Source: the human T2T-CHM13v2.0 reference genome, Homo sapiens. From it: a DNA stretch of 64,000 nt. Both the position numbers and the translations under genes were made by a program. Of the stretch, positions 1-11,544 are shown piece by piece. How positions within the stretch are numbered: the stretch's first letter is position 1; each line of letters starts with the position of its first letter. Under the pieces are notes generated by a model that saw only the letters and a program-made list of their open reading frames with translations, was not told the DNA's origin and made no database searches. The stretch lies in the NCBI RefSeq assembly GCF_009914755.1, contig NC_060944.1. One strand, given 5' to 3'.

Positions 1-116
1 TCTCCTAACTTACCTTTCAGATCAGATTGATTTAATCACCCTCCTTTCCTTGGAAATTATTTCAGCCTATTACATTTTGTCAAGCAACCCCTCCTGAGGA
101 CTGCGGGGCAGCCTAC

Positions 117-233
117 CTGAGAGGCTGTGGATCTATAGGAGATTCCAGCAGCATCATGGCTCCAAGCAGGGGAACGGTGAGAGAAACAGCCAGCATCAAG
201 AAGGTCACTCGGAAAACTCTGCCGCTAAAGGAG
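117..233 (-). CDS. APMAP: APMAP coding exon 2 (117 nt), encoding the type II transmembrane anchor
   Basis: Minus strand reads tttctggcAG|CTCCTTTAGCGGC...CCTCTCAG|GTaggc and translates (S)SFSGRVFRVTFLMLAVSLTVPLLGAMMLLESPIDPQPL(S). Phase 2 matches the end of exon 1. Peptide recognised as adipocyte plasma membrane-associated protein. Confidence 0.97.
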
Positions 234-1609
234 CTGCCAGAAATAAAAGATACAAAGGCAATCAGCTGAGTCTCAGACAGTGACAAGGTTGGCTGGTCCG
301 AAAGCCCTCCCGGCAGGAGCAGGGACGCTCATCCAGTTTCCCCACTGCAAGCTGGCCGACCTCTGGCTTGTGATTAAACTCTAGCACTATTTGCTAGGAT
401 TGGCAAACACACTTTTGTTGTTGTTCTTTTTTTTTAATCTTCCAGCTTCCCCTGTGTGGGATACGTTGGATCAGTTACTTTCCAGATCTTGAATCCTCCA
501 GGAGGGTTTTAAAGAAGGCAAACTCAAAGAACTGATGAACACAAAATGTAATGGGGAAAAAGAGTTCTAATGACATAAATGATACACACTCATCCACAGA
601 AAAGGTGGGTAATTCTCAAAAGCTACGCATTCCCGGTGTATGGATTCAAAGCAGCAACACTCAGTACTATGCAGCCCTAAGATTCTCACAGATAGAAGAG
701 ACAGCTAAAGTCATGAAGGAAATGGAAGCAGAACAACTTCCTGAGGATCCAATTCCCCAATCACTTTTCCCAACCTACTTCTAAGAATTTAAAAGGAAAT
801 CCCAGATCTTCAACCTAATAGAAGAAGTCTGGCAGATACTGACAGTTATCCACACAGGATCTATAAAATTACAATTCAAAGTCATCACTCCTGAACCCTT
901 GGGAAGATATGAAAGCTTCCCTGGGAATCCTGGGTGAAGTTTTTGGACAAATGACCAGTAGTGCCTTAAATATCTCTGAACCAATCTTCACATACAGTAT
1001 CTCTCATCTGGCAAACAAGTGAAAGCATTTGGCCTCTTGCTACTAAATAAACCTCATAGGATCATTACTTGCTTACATGAATTGAACTCAAATTTACTAA
1101 ATGCTTGGCATTAATATTAACTTAAACAAAATCATGAGTTCCTAAGGTAGAATTTTTTTCTTCCATGAAAAAAAGTGTTGACAAAGAAAAAAGTCAAGAC
1201 TCACACTTAACAAAACAGACTTGATTTAAGGGGGCAGGGTTTGATTTTTGACAGAAGTGTAGTCTTCTGCCATTTAGACGTGTTAAACTCTGTTCTGGGT
1301 ATGGTGTAGAAACATAAAGGCCAAGCCCTCTTTCCCAACAACCAGCCAGGGAACTGCAGGCCAGTTTCTCCACTCCAAAACCCACAGTTTCCCCCAGTGT
1401 GAAACGGGGTGTTGGGCAGGGTAACTTCCTGAACATGCATGATCCAGTCCTGAACATGCAAGATTTTTCACAAACGAATAAAGCAGAAAAGAAAAGAAAT
1501 CCCTCTATTTCTACTGGGGTAGGTGGAAATAAAGACAAAGGAAAGACTAAGGGGAAGAAGAGGGAGCAGCTTTCACAAAGTGTCCCTTGCATTTTGGACA
1601 GCACCTCTG

Positions 1610-2310
1610 CAGAGTGGCTGGGTTCTGCCACCAACCTGAGTGGGCAGGAAACAGAGCCTCCCCAGAGCCTCCAGAAACACAGCCCTACTGACACCCTGAT
1701 CTTAACACAGTGAGACCTGCCCAGGACTTCTGGCCTACAAAACTATTACATAATAAATCTGTGTTGTTCAGGACACTCATTGTGTGGTAATTTGTTAATG
1801 GCAGCCATAAAAATTAACAGTTTTCTAAGTAAATTAGTTTCCAGCACCCTGGAAGTGGGGTGTTGCTGTAACAGATATCTAAAAAAATGTGGAAGTAGCT
1901 TTGGAATAGAGCTGTGGGTGAAGGAAGGAAGAATTCTGAGGAGCAGCACAGAAAAAGCCTAGATTTCCTTGAACACATTAGTAAAACTACGGATGTTAAA
2001 AGACTCTACTTGTGAGGTCTCAGAAGGAAGAGGGGAGCATAGCAGGAAAAAAAACCATTGCCTGGGAGAACACCTAACTGGGCACGAACACTGCTGGCAC
2101 TGCTGGGGAGGGTGCAGAAGGATGTCACGAGCATGGGATTGGAAACTGGAGCAAAGTGGATCCTGTAACACAGTGGTAGAAAGCTTGGCTGAATCGTGTC
2201 CTGCAGTTATGTGAAAAGCAGAGCTTCTAAACACTGAAACTGGACCCAGCTGAGGACATTTCCCAGCACAGTGTTGAAGGCAAGGCCCGGTTTCTCCTGC
2301 TGCTTCCTCC
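1610..2310 (+). mobile_element. MaLR (MLT1-type) LTR 3' part followed by MLT1 internal sequence
   Basis: Typical LTR end (...aataaatctgtgttgtt...gtggtaatttgttaatggcagccataaaaattaaca at ~1819) followed by the internal-region start (gaagtggggtgttgctgtaaca...aaaatgtggaagtagctttggaa). Confidence 0.7.
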
Positions 2311-3149
2311 TCCAGAGCAGGACAGGCCCGAGGGCAGTGTTAACCACTGCCTTCTTCCTTTGCCATTTCCCTTTGCTGATGAGAATTCTGTGTCTATTTT
2401 TCTTCTAATAATCTCCCAAAAATGAATTTTGTCCCTAACTTCCTCCCCTTCACTCATAAGGGGTTCAGAGCTCACCCCGTACACCTGAGGCCAGGTAAAA
2501 TGCCACATTGCCAGTCCTTACCCCTTTTATTAGGTGGGAAAGGAGGTGGTCCAGACCCTACAAACACAAACAAAATGCCACAGACACACCAGGGAGAGGC
2601 CAAGGGAGCCCAGCTCCTGGAAGAGGGCAGGTGAGAATGAAGGGGAAAGTCAGGTCAACCTCTCCCTCCCAGTCCTGTCTCCAAACCCCAGGACCAAATA
2701 ATCTTCTTCTAATGTGACTGACTTATACCAGTCATGGGTATAAGCACCACAGGCATAAAAATGTCTACAAAGCACAGAACTACGACCTGACATGACGGCA
2801 GGCTCATGCAACCTGAGAGGTCTGCAGCAGGGAAAGAAGTAAGGGCCAGGAAAAGAGGAATGGCAAACAGTCCAAATGAGAGTATGCCAAGAAATGTGCT
2901 TTACGTGGGCAACCAGATGGAACCAGGTATCTCTCTCCTTCACAAATGAGGGAAGTGGGCAGGGAAAGGCTCAAGTGGCTTTCCCACAGCCAATGCAAGA
3001 GCTGGAAAAGCGCAACTGAGAGCCAGATGTGACTCTATGGCTGCGGTCACCATTAGAAGCGCTGCCTGCCAAGAGCAAGAGGAGGGAGTGGAGGATGCCC
3101 AGACCTAGAGCCCTCAGAGCGGGAGTTTGAAAGCTCTGTGAAAATTCAT

Positions 3150-3862
3150 GGTGATCTGCCTATTCTAGGCATTTCATATAAGTGGAATCATACAACAAGT
3201 GACCTTTCATGACTAGCTTCTTTCATTCAGTGTGTTTTCTAGGCCCATCTAAGTTGCAGTATGTATCTGTACATGGTTCCTTTTACCAGTTGATTATGTA
3301 TGTATCTACCACAACTTGCTGCCCACTCATCTGGTTTTTTGTTTTTTAAATATAAAGACACGGTCTCAGTATGTCAACCAGGCTGGAGTACAGTGGCATG
3401 ATCATATCTCACTGTTATCTCAAATTCCTGGGCTCAAGTGATCCTCCTGTCTCAGCCTCCCAAAGTAGCTAGGACTACAGGTGTGCACCACCACACGTGG
3501 CTAATTGTTTTACTTTCTGTAGAGAAAACATCTTGCTACATTGTCCAGGCTGGTCTTGAACTTCTGGCCTCAAGCAGTCTTCCCACCTTAGCCTCCCAAA
3601 GTGCACCCTGAGATGAGCAGGCATGAGCAACCATGTCTAGCCCCACTCATCTGCTGAACATTTGTGTGGGAGGGGGAAATGGGAGTGATTACTTAATCAG
3701 TACAAGGTAAACACCTTGCTTTTATGGGGTGATGAAACAGTTTTGAAAGCAGAGAGAGTTGGTGGTTGCCCAACATTGTGAATACACTAAATATCACTGA
3801 ACTGTGCACTTTAAAGTGGTTAATTGTATGTTATGCGAATTTCACCTCAACTAAAAAAAAAA
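3150..3862. mobile_element. Old L1 (L1MB-like) 3' end with an inverted 5' segment, interrupted by an Alu
   Basis: 3150-3660 matches the L1M 3' UTR in antisense; 3665-3862 is the adjacent L1M terminus in sense with a poly(A) tail. Confidence 0.65.
3334..3641 (-). mobile_element. AluJ-type element
   Basis: Diverged dimeric Alu; target-site duplication cccactcatctg at 3322-3333 and 3642-3653. Confidence 0.9.
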
Positions 3863-4024
3863 GTTGACAGTGACAAGAATGTTCTAAACTTGGATTGCGG
3901 TAATTACTGCAAAACTGGCCATTATACTAAAAATCACTGATTTGAACATTTTAAGTAGGTTAATTTTATGGTATGTGAATTACATCTCAATAAAGATGTT
4001 AAAAAAAAACAAAAACAAAACAAA
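3863..4024 (+). mobile_element. L1ME/MC-type 3' terminus
   Basis: aatgttctaaacttggattgcggtaat...ttatggtatgtgaattacatctcaataaag followed by an A-rich tail. Confidence 0.6.
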
Positions 4025-5059
4025 GTCAGTGACTCCACCATGCAAACTGCCACTCCAATGGCTAGGACACCCTTCAACCCAAGTGATTTTCTTTAAGTGA
4101 CCTAAAGTCTTCCAACACAATAGAAATGAAGTACTTGTACAATAAAGCAGGGCTGGTTACAAGTAAATGACAGAAACGCTTCTGACAGTGTGAACCCCAA
4201 AGAGAGACAAAGCATATGGAAAGGTGGATGGTGAAGATGTGTGGCTGCCAGCCCTGAGAGCTGCCCTCACTGCACTCTGGTACTGAGTCCAACAGGGACT
4301 GCCTGCCTTAAAGGAAGCTGATGCCATCACCCACCCCACTCCCAGGAGAGAAGAGTCCCTCTAGGGAAGGTACATTGTGTTTTCACCTCATGACCTTCAT
4401 TATAAACAGTAACAATCTTGCCAAAACGCTACTTTTTCCTTGCCTAACATCATTCTACCTAAGGCAGATTTTCCTCATCTGTCTTGACTCCAACATTGTG
4501 ACCTCTACTTTACCACACTGCAGCTTATATTTTTAAAATCTTGATGTGGTAATCTGATTCAGAGCTGGTGGCACCCCATTTAAATACCTGGTTGCCCCTT
4601 CACACAATAGTTAGAGGCTCAATTATGTCCCAAACAAAAAGTCCAGCCAGGACTGAAAGCCACGGGGCTTACAGCCAGAAAGGAGGCCAAAAGTCCATTG
4701 ACAAAGATTTGTGTCCCAATGCTGCGGGATCTACCATACCAGTAACACTCTCCTAAAGCTGGAGAAGAATTTAGAGGCCACTCAGTCTACTGTTCCCAAA
4801 GGCAGCCAACTCCTGGATGGGCTACATCAAGATGACCTGGGCCAGAGATTCTGCTTTGGTAGGTACAGGGTGGGCCTGCGAACTCTTTCATCGGTTGTTC
4901 CTCATGTGCAGCTGGACACCACTAACTCTATGCAGCTCCCTTCCCAGTCAGACTTCACCAACACCTCCTCAACCTCACCTGATCAGCATCCAGCCTCCAC
5001 TGGAAAGTTCTGTGGTCACGTATTAGAAATACTAGCTTAAATTTAAACAAAACTCCTTG

Positions 5060-5148
5060 AGCTGCACTGTCCAATAGAACTTTCTGCAACGATGGAAATA
5101 CAATAGCTACTAGCCATGTGTGGTTCCTGAGCACTTGAAATGGAGTTA
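5060..5148. mobile_element. MER3-like hAT-Charlie fragment
   Basis: ctgcactgtccaatagaactttctgcaacgatggaaat...tagccatgtgtggttcctgagcacttgaaatg. Confidence 0.65.
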
Positions 5149-5149
5149 G

Positions 5150-6900
5150 CTTGTTATATAAATGAGGTAAGCACAGCTCCTGGACCCCTGCTCTGGGTGC
5201 CACACTTATTTTAGCCCAAGGTCCATTAACTTTTCGGCAGGCCCTCATCAGTGTTGCTTCCTGTAAACTCACAGTTAACCACAATTCTTCTGTCTTTTCT
5301 CGGTGTCTGCCTCCCTCTTACTCTTTTTTTAACTTAAATAAAGAACACTGTATCGATCCCTATCCATTTTCACTGACAAAGCATTGCAGGTTCCCAACCT
5401 GTGCTGACACATCCAGGAACGCTGGCAACTTAGTTCCCAGGCGCAGTTTGAGAAATCAGTTTGTTTGCCCCAATCTCTCGGAAGAGCCTGGAGGGATGCC
5501 CATCTCCATGAGGACATCTGCACCCTGAAATTGCCTACACTCTCTGAAGGCAAGAGCACAACCACAGTGATGCAACAGGATTTGACAACTGCTGTTGGCT
5601 GGGCCATGATTTACACAATCTTCTGTAGATTCACCAGCCAATTTGGCAGATTTTGAAGGGTATCCTCTAACTCTGCACACAGGACATTAGGGCCTTGGGT
5701 CCTGAACTGAAGTCCCAACAAGCAGACTCCAAGAGATCAAAATTCACCTGTGATTGTTGTGGAAAACCTGATAGCCCCAAATCCATGGGGTACCAGCAAC
5801 CTCATGTGTCAAGGTGATCCCTGGAACCTGAGAAAATCAGATAGCATCAACCCATCTTTTTTAGTGACAGCATCTTGAATTTGTTCATTTTTCACAATCC
5901 TTTAAACTGGGGCTCCTAGATTCATCAATTTATCCTTGAAAAAAATTAAGAAATCAAGAAACAAGTTTAAAAAGCCATCTGAAAATACACACCTGGGGCA
6001 AAGCTGAGACAAACACTCCAGCTGCCTTACTCCTCATGAATTCGTGAATGCCCAATCTGTTTCTCCATACTTCCTCCCTTACTCTTCAGTCTCCAAGAGG
6101 AAAAAGGAAAATGGACCTAGCAGACTTTTAATTAAACTAAAATCCTTCAGAAGTTTATTGAAAAAGGAGAATTATACAGAATTTAATGTATTGAAACATA
6201 TTAAATCCTCAATGTATTTATTCTGCATCCCTAAACAGTCACATATGGACATTAAACAGTTCTCTTCCTAGATAGAACTGTGTTTCAAACAGAAAGGAAT
6301 AGTTCCACAGAGTACAATTAAGTTTCTAAAGCATTTCGGGAAATCAATGTCAAATAATAATTATAAGCTTGCACCGGTATGTTAAAGTACTTAGCTCATC
6401 TATGTTCCACACTGAATAAAAGAATTTACCAACCAAATTCTCCATTATATTTCAAATACAGTAATTCAAGAGCTTTGGCATAAAGTCTTATTTCCAAAGC
6501 ATAATTTTAAAAATACACTTCTCAGTCATTGTCCAGCTGCCAGTTCTATCCTTCTTCATTCATTTTCATTTCTCTTTTGACTCTATTCTCTGTAACTTCA
6601 TATAAACCACCTCACACACATAGACCTCAATGATCTCATCAGCAAAACAAAGCAAACACCCACCTTTTGTGCCAAGAGTTGGGAGACCACCCAACGTATT
6701 ACTAGGGGTCCCTACCACTGCTAAAATCTATGTCTTAGTTCTGTCAGTTTAGTAATATGTCTTTCAAGGCTTCCTTTATTCTATTTAGCACATCTAAAGT
6801 GCTAAAGTTTATTCTAATAGTTTCGTGTTTTTACTTCTGAATTTAGATTCCTTTACTTCGCCCACTATACACAGGCTTTCCTGGCTTATGTTGAACCCTC
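5150..6900 (-). mobile_element. Highly decayed CR1/L3 LINE ORF2 relic
   Basis: Minus-strand peptides KMDRDRYSVLYLS and ACRKVNGPWAKISVAPRAGVQELCLPHLY resemble the CR1 RT C-terminal motifs MKFNRDKCKVLHLG and AAKKANAILGCI...EVIVPLY. Weaker endonuclease-like remnants near 6450-6770. Confidence 0.45.
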
Positions 6901-7547
6901 GACTTTTAAGGTAATCAAGAATACTATTACATGAACTACTAGAAATGACCACAAAATAAATGAAAAATATAGGAGAAATGCAGAAGAAAAATAAGAAAAA
7001 CAGCTACCATGTTACAATAATAATTGCGGAAAGGAAGGGTGGTGACAAGACCTCACTTTGAAAGAGATCATTACAGATATACAGAAAAGGGATAAACAAA
7101 CAAGAAGGACAAACACAGGGAAACAGGAACAATGTTCATGGACAGGGAAGTCAAGGAAATAAGTAAACATAAATGTAAAAGGCACACTGGAAAAGATCAG
7201 GCAGTAAAAGATGACTTTAGAATCAGATTTACTTACTCATTAAGGAAGAAATCCCCACAGAGAACCTGAAAAAAACAATTAAGTCTGCCTGCTTGCCCTG
7301 GGGCCAGAAGTGTGAGCCAGCCGACTTGAGAGTTGGGACTACCTAACCGGTGCCCTCAGGGGCTGTAGGCCCTGGTTTTCAACACACTGCACCTAATGAC
7401 AAACTCAGGCCACTGCTCTTCCATTTCTCAGGTAAAAATGCCTTGTTTTCAAGATTTCTGTAGGAAAGTGTTGCCAATTCTTGCATGTCCATTCTAAATG
7501 GCTCCTCAATCATCAACAGATGATTAATTCACAATATTCACAGTAAG

Positions 7548-7648
7548 TAGGGTGATCAGATTGTCCCAGTTTGCCCAGGTTTAGCACTGAAAGTTCTACA
7601 TCCTTGGAAACCCCAGTCCAGGGCAACGCAGGATGGTTGGTCAGGATA
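7548..7648. mobile_element. MER81-like hAT-Blackjack MITE
   Basis: tagggtgatcagattgtcccagtttgccc...agcactgaaagt...ggatggttggtca with decayed terminal inverted repeats. Confidence 0.65.
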
Positions 7649-8239
7649 TATGGGAGCATCTTCCCGATCTTTTCACTGGCCCAAGGAGTCAACTATCACC
7701 GCAAAGTCTTCTCTCTAAATTGCCTCTCTAGAGCCTAAATGCTCCTTCCTGCCATCGCTCTCCTTCAAATGTGTTCCTCTTATCATCAGTCAATAAACTC
7801 AGTCTACAGGGGCAAAAACTGCCTCTCATTCATATGTACCCCACCACCTCTTGGCACACTACTGATGAACAAATATTTCCAGTATTTCTATCAAATATAA
7901 GTCAATCAGTTCCACAACTTCAAGCTTGGTCTATGGGGCCTCTTGATTCTCCCTGAAACTTAAAAGTTATGAAATTCAGGACACAGAATTGAAAAGTGAA
8001 TTTTAAGTATCTTATATTGAAATCTATGCTTACGAATCATGATTCAGTTTTTAGCTAACAAAACACAGCATTCTTATATTCTGAAAGATGGGAGAGGAGG
8101 CAAAGGGCAAAACCTGATATTTCTTAGGTGTCAACAACTACAGTTTCCTATGTTTCTCCATCCCTATCAGGAAAAACTGCCAGGCTGAATTCTCACAAAA
8201 ATTGCCTACAATGTCACTACTGTTCTCCACTCTTTCCAA

Positions 8240-9370
8240 GAACCGCGGTGAGGACTGGTCACGCAGCGTGAGGGGGGCAGGTGCAGAAGAGCAAGTGTAG
8301 AAGCCATCTCTTCGCCGGATAACGAGGCAGGACCCCAGCATCTCGTGGGACCTCCTCCCTTCGGGAAATTGCGAGCCGGGAACCAGGAACACGCAGGGCC
8401 CCGGCCAAGTAGCTGTGCTCAGGGGGATCATTTAAGCCAAAGGAAGGACAGCGCGAGGGGAGCGAGGGAAAGGCGAGGAAGCAACCGCTATGCAGGGTGG
8501 GGCAGGAGTGAGGGAGGGAAGGCAAAGGAGCGGCGCGAGGCGGTCTCGGGTCCGGAGAGCCGAGGACAACGCGGCGACTGGGCGCAGGGTGCACCCGAAC
8601 CTGAAAGACCTGGCAGGTACATCCGCCTTGTCGGAGCCTGCTTCCTCGGAAAAATGAGTTTTTCTTGGGGATGAAACGAGAGGACTCTGACAACGCGCTC
8701 GGCACCGCATCCCCAGGTTACTGTTACTGCCGTCGCCGCTGTCCAAGAGGGTCGCCCTCCACTCCTAGCGGCCCGGCTCCAGCGCCCAGTCTGGGAGTCC
8801 GCCCTACCTGCCGTCCTTAGCCTCCGGGGCCTGGCCATCATCGTCTGTGACGACCTGCGGCCGCAGGGGCCGGCGCTGTCGCAGCCCGTCCGCCTCGCTC
8901 ATGGTACGGGCGCCAGCCTCACCCGCAGAAACCACCTCACACTGAGCGGCGCCGGCTCAGGCTCCAGGCCCGCCCTCCCCCGTACGCGGAAATGACGTTG
9001 CGCCCAGGGACCATTCCGCAGCGTTCTCCCCGCCCCTTCCGGCCTCGTGGGCGGGAGGTCCCCGGCGCGTCGTTGCTCGGCGCGCTGAGGCTAATTCTGA
9101 CCGCCCGGAAGTGGGGCTCGGAACCCGCTCAGAGATAGCACCGGGAGCTGCCGGGGTCCCCGCCTGTCTCGGACTCCGGGGCCCAGAACGCGAGTGGTTC
9201 AACCTCGGGCTCGTCTAGCCCAGTGCCTGCGCATGCCGCCTTCGTCTCACGTTTCTGAGGACGGGGATGCTCATGACGCACTTGGGAATTGCTAGCACGA
9301 GATGTTGGCCACTTTTATCGTTGGAGAGGATAGCGCTGTTTATTCAATGTCAGCGACCCTGCTCTTACAG
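8240..9370. promoter_or_regulatory. APMAP: CpG island / TATA-less APMAP promoter
   Basis: Dense CpG and high GC against an AT-rich background. GC box CCCCGCCCC 9028-9036; ETS/GABP cores CTTCCGG 9036-9042 and CCGGAAGTG 9105-9113; ETS-CRE-like GCGGAAATGACGT 8986-8998; NRF1-like TGCGCATGC 9228-9236. Confidence 0.9.
8808..8902 (-). CDS. APMAP: APMAP coding exon 1 (95 nt from ATG to donor)
   Basis: gtaccATGAGCGAGGCG...GACGGCAG|GTaggg translates MSEADGLRQRRPLRPQVVTDDDGQAPEAKDG(S). A at -3 in Kozak context; lies inside the CpG island. Confidence 0.97.
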
Positions 9371-11092
9371 GCAGCGTCAAAAATAATGCATTCACACCCT
9401 TGGAACGAAGTCACCTCTGCCTGAAAATTACATCCTTCCCCGACTCAGCCGGTTAAGGGGAAAACTTGGGCTAGAAAATGTTTCCCTCTGGTTAAGGCCA
9501 GATGTTGAGTATTAAATCTTTTTGTGACGATTACAACAGACATTTGATAAAGTTTATTAAGTTTTGATAAAGTTTATTAAGGATTACCCTTAAGTAAAGT
9601 CCAGGTAGAAGTAGAAATTATCACTAACAAAGTTTAAGAAAGCATAGAGAGGCATTGTTCTTTCAACAGTATTGCAGGAAACCAGAAATGTTCCCAGGTG
9701 CTGGGAGACGATGGTGGGCAAATCACAGACAAGGCCCCTCCTTATAGAAATTAAACTAGTGGGAAAGATGACTTTAATCAGATCATCATCATAAAATAGA
9801 CGTAAAATTATCAAACGTAATAATTGCTTCAAAAGGGAAGAGCTGGATCTTGTGAGAGCATTTGAGATTCAAAGAGGAATCGAATCTGGAGGAAGTGACA
9901 GGCAGAAGAAATCAAAGCCCGTTACCAGTGGCACGAGGAATTATCTCTGGAAAAGCCACGTTCAAAATGCAGTGTTAAGAAATAATTTCCTCTTGGAGGC
10001 TTTTACCTTTTTAAATGCTAGATGGCACTAGAATTCCATGTGAATGCTTTTTATTTATTCATTCAAAGAGCGGAAGAACCAGCTTGAGGGAAGTGGAGAG
10101 CTGTGCAAATCCAGTTCTCCAGAGATCCCAGGTAATAATTCAGGCCTCGACAACATTTTACTTCTTTCTGTGTCATTGAGAATAGCCAATACAGCTATTA
10201 AATCAGGGATAGTGTTAACAAAGTACTGTATGATCTCACGCCTTCCTGCCTGTCTGGACTATCCCTCTTGCTCCCCACCCCCCATTTCAGACATTCAGGA
10301 TGGCTTACCATGTCTAATCTCATGCCTGGCTGCCTTTGTCCTTGAGGTTCCTTCTTCCTGTGATACACTCTCCTTCACCTCCACTTGGCCAATTATTTTT
10401 ATCATTCAGGACCCACTTCAAGTATCCTTGCTGAAAATTCTTCTCCCAGTTTCCCAAGCAGAACATCTTCCTCTTTGTCTTCAAGGCACTTTAAACATGT
10501 CCCAGCCATAACATTGAACTCACTGCATTGGAGCTATTTGTGTTCCATGCCCAGTGTTAAAGCCCACGCACTGCAAACACCCAGGGACACATTCAGAAGA
10601 AAAATAATGGCAGTAAGTTGGGTTTACTGAACTTGCTGCAGCAAAGAAATGCACCAGAGGACCGGTGAGGTTCCTCAAAATGGGGGAGTCATGGGAGACT
10701 CCTTGTGGGGTTTGGGGGCTGGAGTTAGTCCATCGATAGTCTTGCCCAGGGTTGGTCAGAATCCGTTAACAAGGGGAGTCACTGGAGGAACCGTGGCCTT
10801 AGCTCTGGGACATGTAAGTCCATTCGGAGTTATCAGGAGGTCAGCTCGTGGGCTTATCATGAAGCACGTAGGTAGTTGGTGTTACAGTGGTCTGAGCTAG
10901 ATCATTTGTGCTGCATAGCACGGGTTCAGTACAGTCTTTCTGTTTTCAAGTCACGGTGAAGCACGCTTTGCTTGTTGTATTTGTTTCAGTTATCAGTTCT
11001 CCCACCCCACCTTCCAACCAGACCGACTTTGTTTCTCATCGTGCTGATGCCAGTTGTTGGCAGAGGAATGGGACCACTATGATTAATTTGAT

Positions 11093-11304
11093 CAGGTTTC
11101 TCAGCACCACTGATATTTTGGGCCAGATAATTCTGTTAGGAGGCGGAGGGGGGCCTCTCCTGTGCGCTGGTGTTTCAGCAGCATCCCTGGGCTTCCCCCA
11201 CTAGATGGCAGTAGCATCCCACCTAGTCGTGATGATAAAAAATGTTGCCAGACATTGACAGATAGCCCCTGGAGGACAAAACAGCCCTTGGTTGAGAAGC
11301 GCTG
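11093..11304 (+). mobile_element. MER20 (hAT-Charlie), full length, carrying a CTCF motif
   Basis: caggtttctcagc...ttttgggccagataatt...cagcatccctgg...ccactagatggcagtagca...aaaaatgttgccagacattg...ggttgagaagcgctg. Confidence 0.85.
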
Positions 11305-11544
11305 AGTGAGACCAACCAAAACCCACACCCAACCCTGGCACTGGGGATGAGGCTCACTTCCATCGGAACACTGGCCCACGTGGAGGGCATTTCTCTCAAC
11401 AAAAGCAGGCTCTGCCAGCATGGAAGAAGAAGCGCATGATGCTGGCAGGGAGCCCACAGTATGCCTCGCAGCTCAAACCAGAAGCAAACCCTACTTCTAG
11501 TCCAGTGCTTTTTCCCAGTCCCATGCTGTTTCAACTCCTTCCAC
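11165..11544 (+). repeat. Left arm of a long inverted duplication (partner 16442-16808)
   Basis: Hand reverse-complement alignment: 11469-11544 is identical to 16442-16517; the remainder is ~82-88% identical with one 12-bp indel. Confidence 0.95.

Noticed and set aside
551-1060. 77-aa ATG ORF and coding-like composition in APMAP intron 1 (possible processed pseudogene)
   Set aside because: No parent protein recognised, and no poly(A) tail or TSD seen. A BLASTX/tBLASTn search would settle it.
8259-8841. Overlapping 104-148 aa ORFs in the CpG island
   Set aside because: Stop-codon depletion in GC-rich DNA. The true coding segment is 8808-8902 in another frame.
9543-9581. 20-bp-period direct repeat tttgataaagtttattaag x2 (similar small duplications at 1427-1464, 12136-12161 and 16159-16212)
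   Set aside because: Ordinary slippage duplications with no supporting functional feature.
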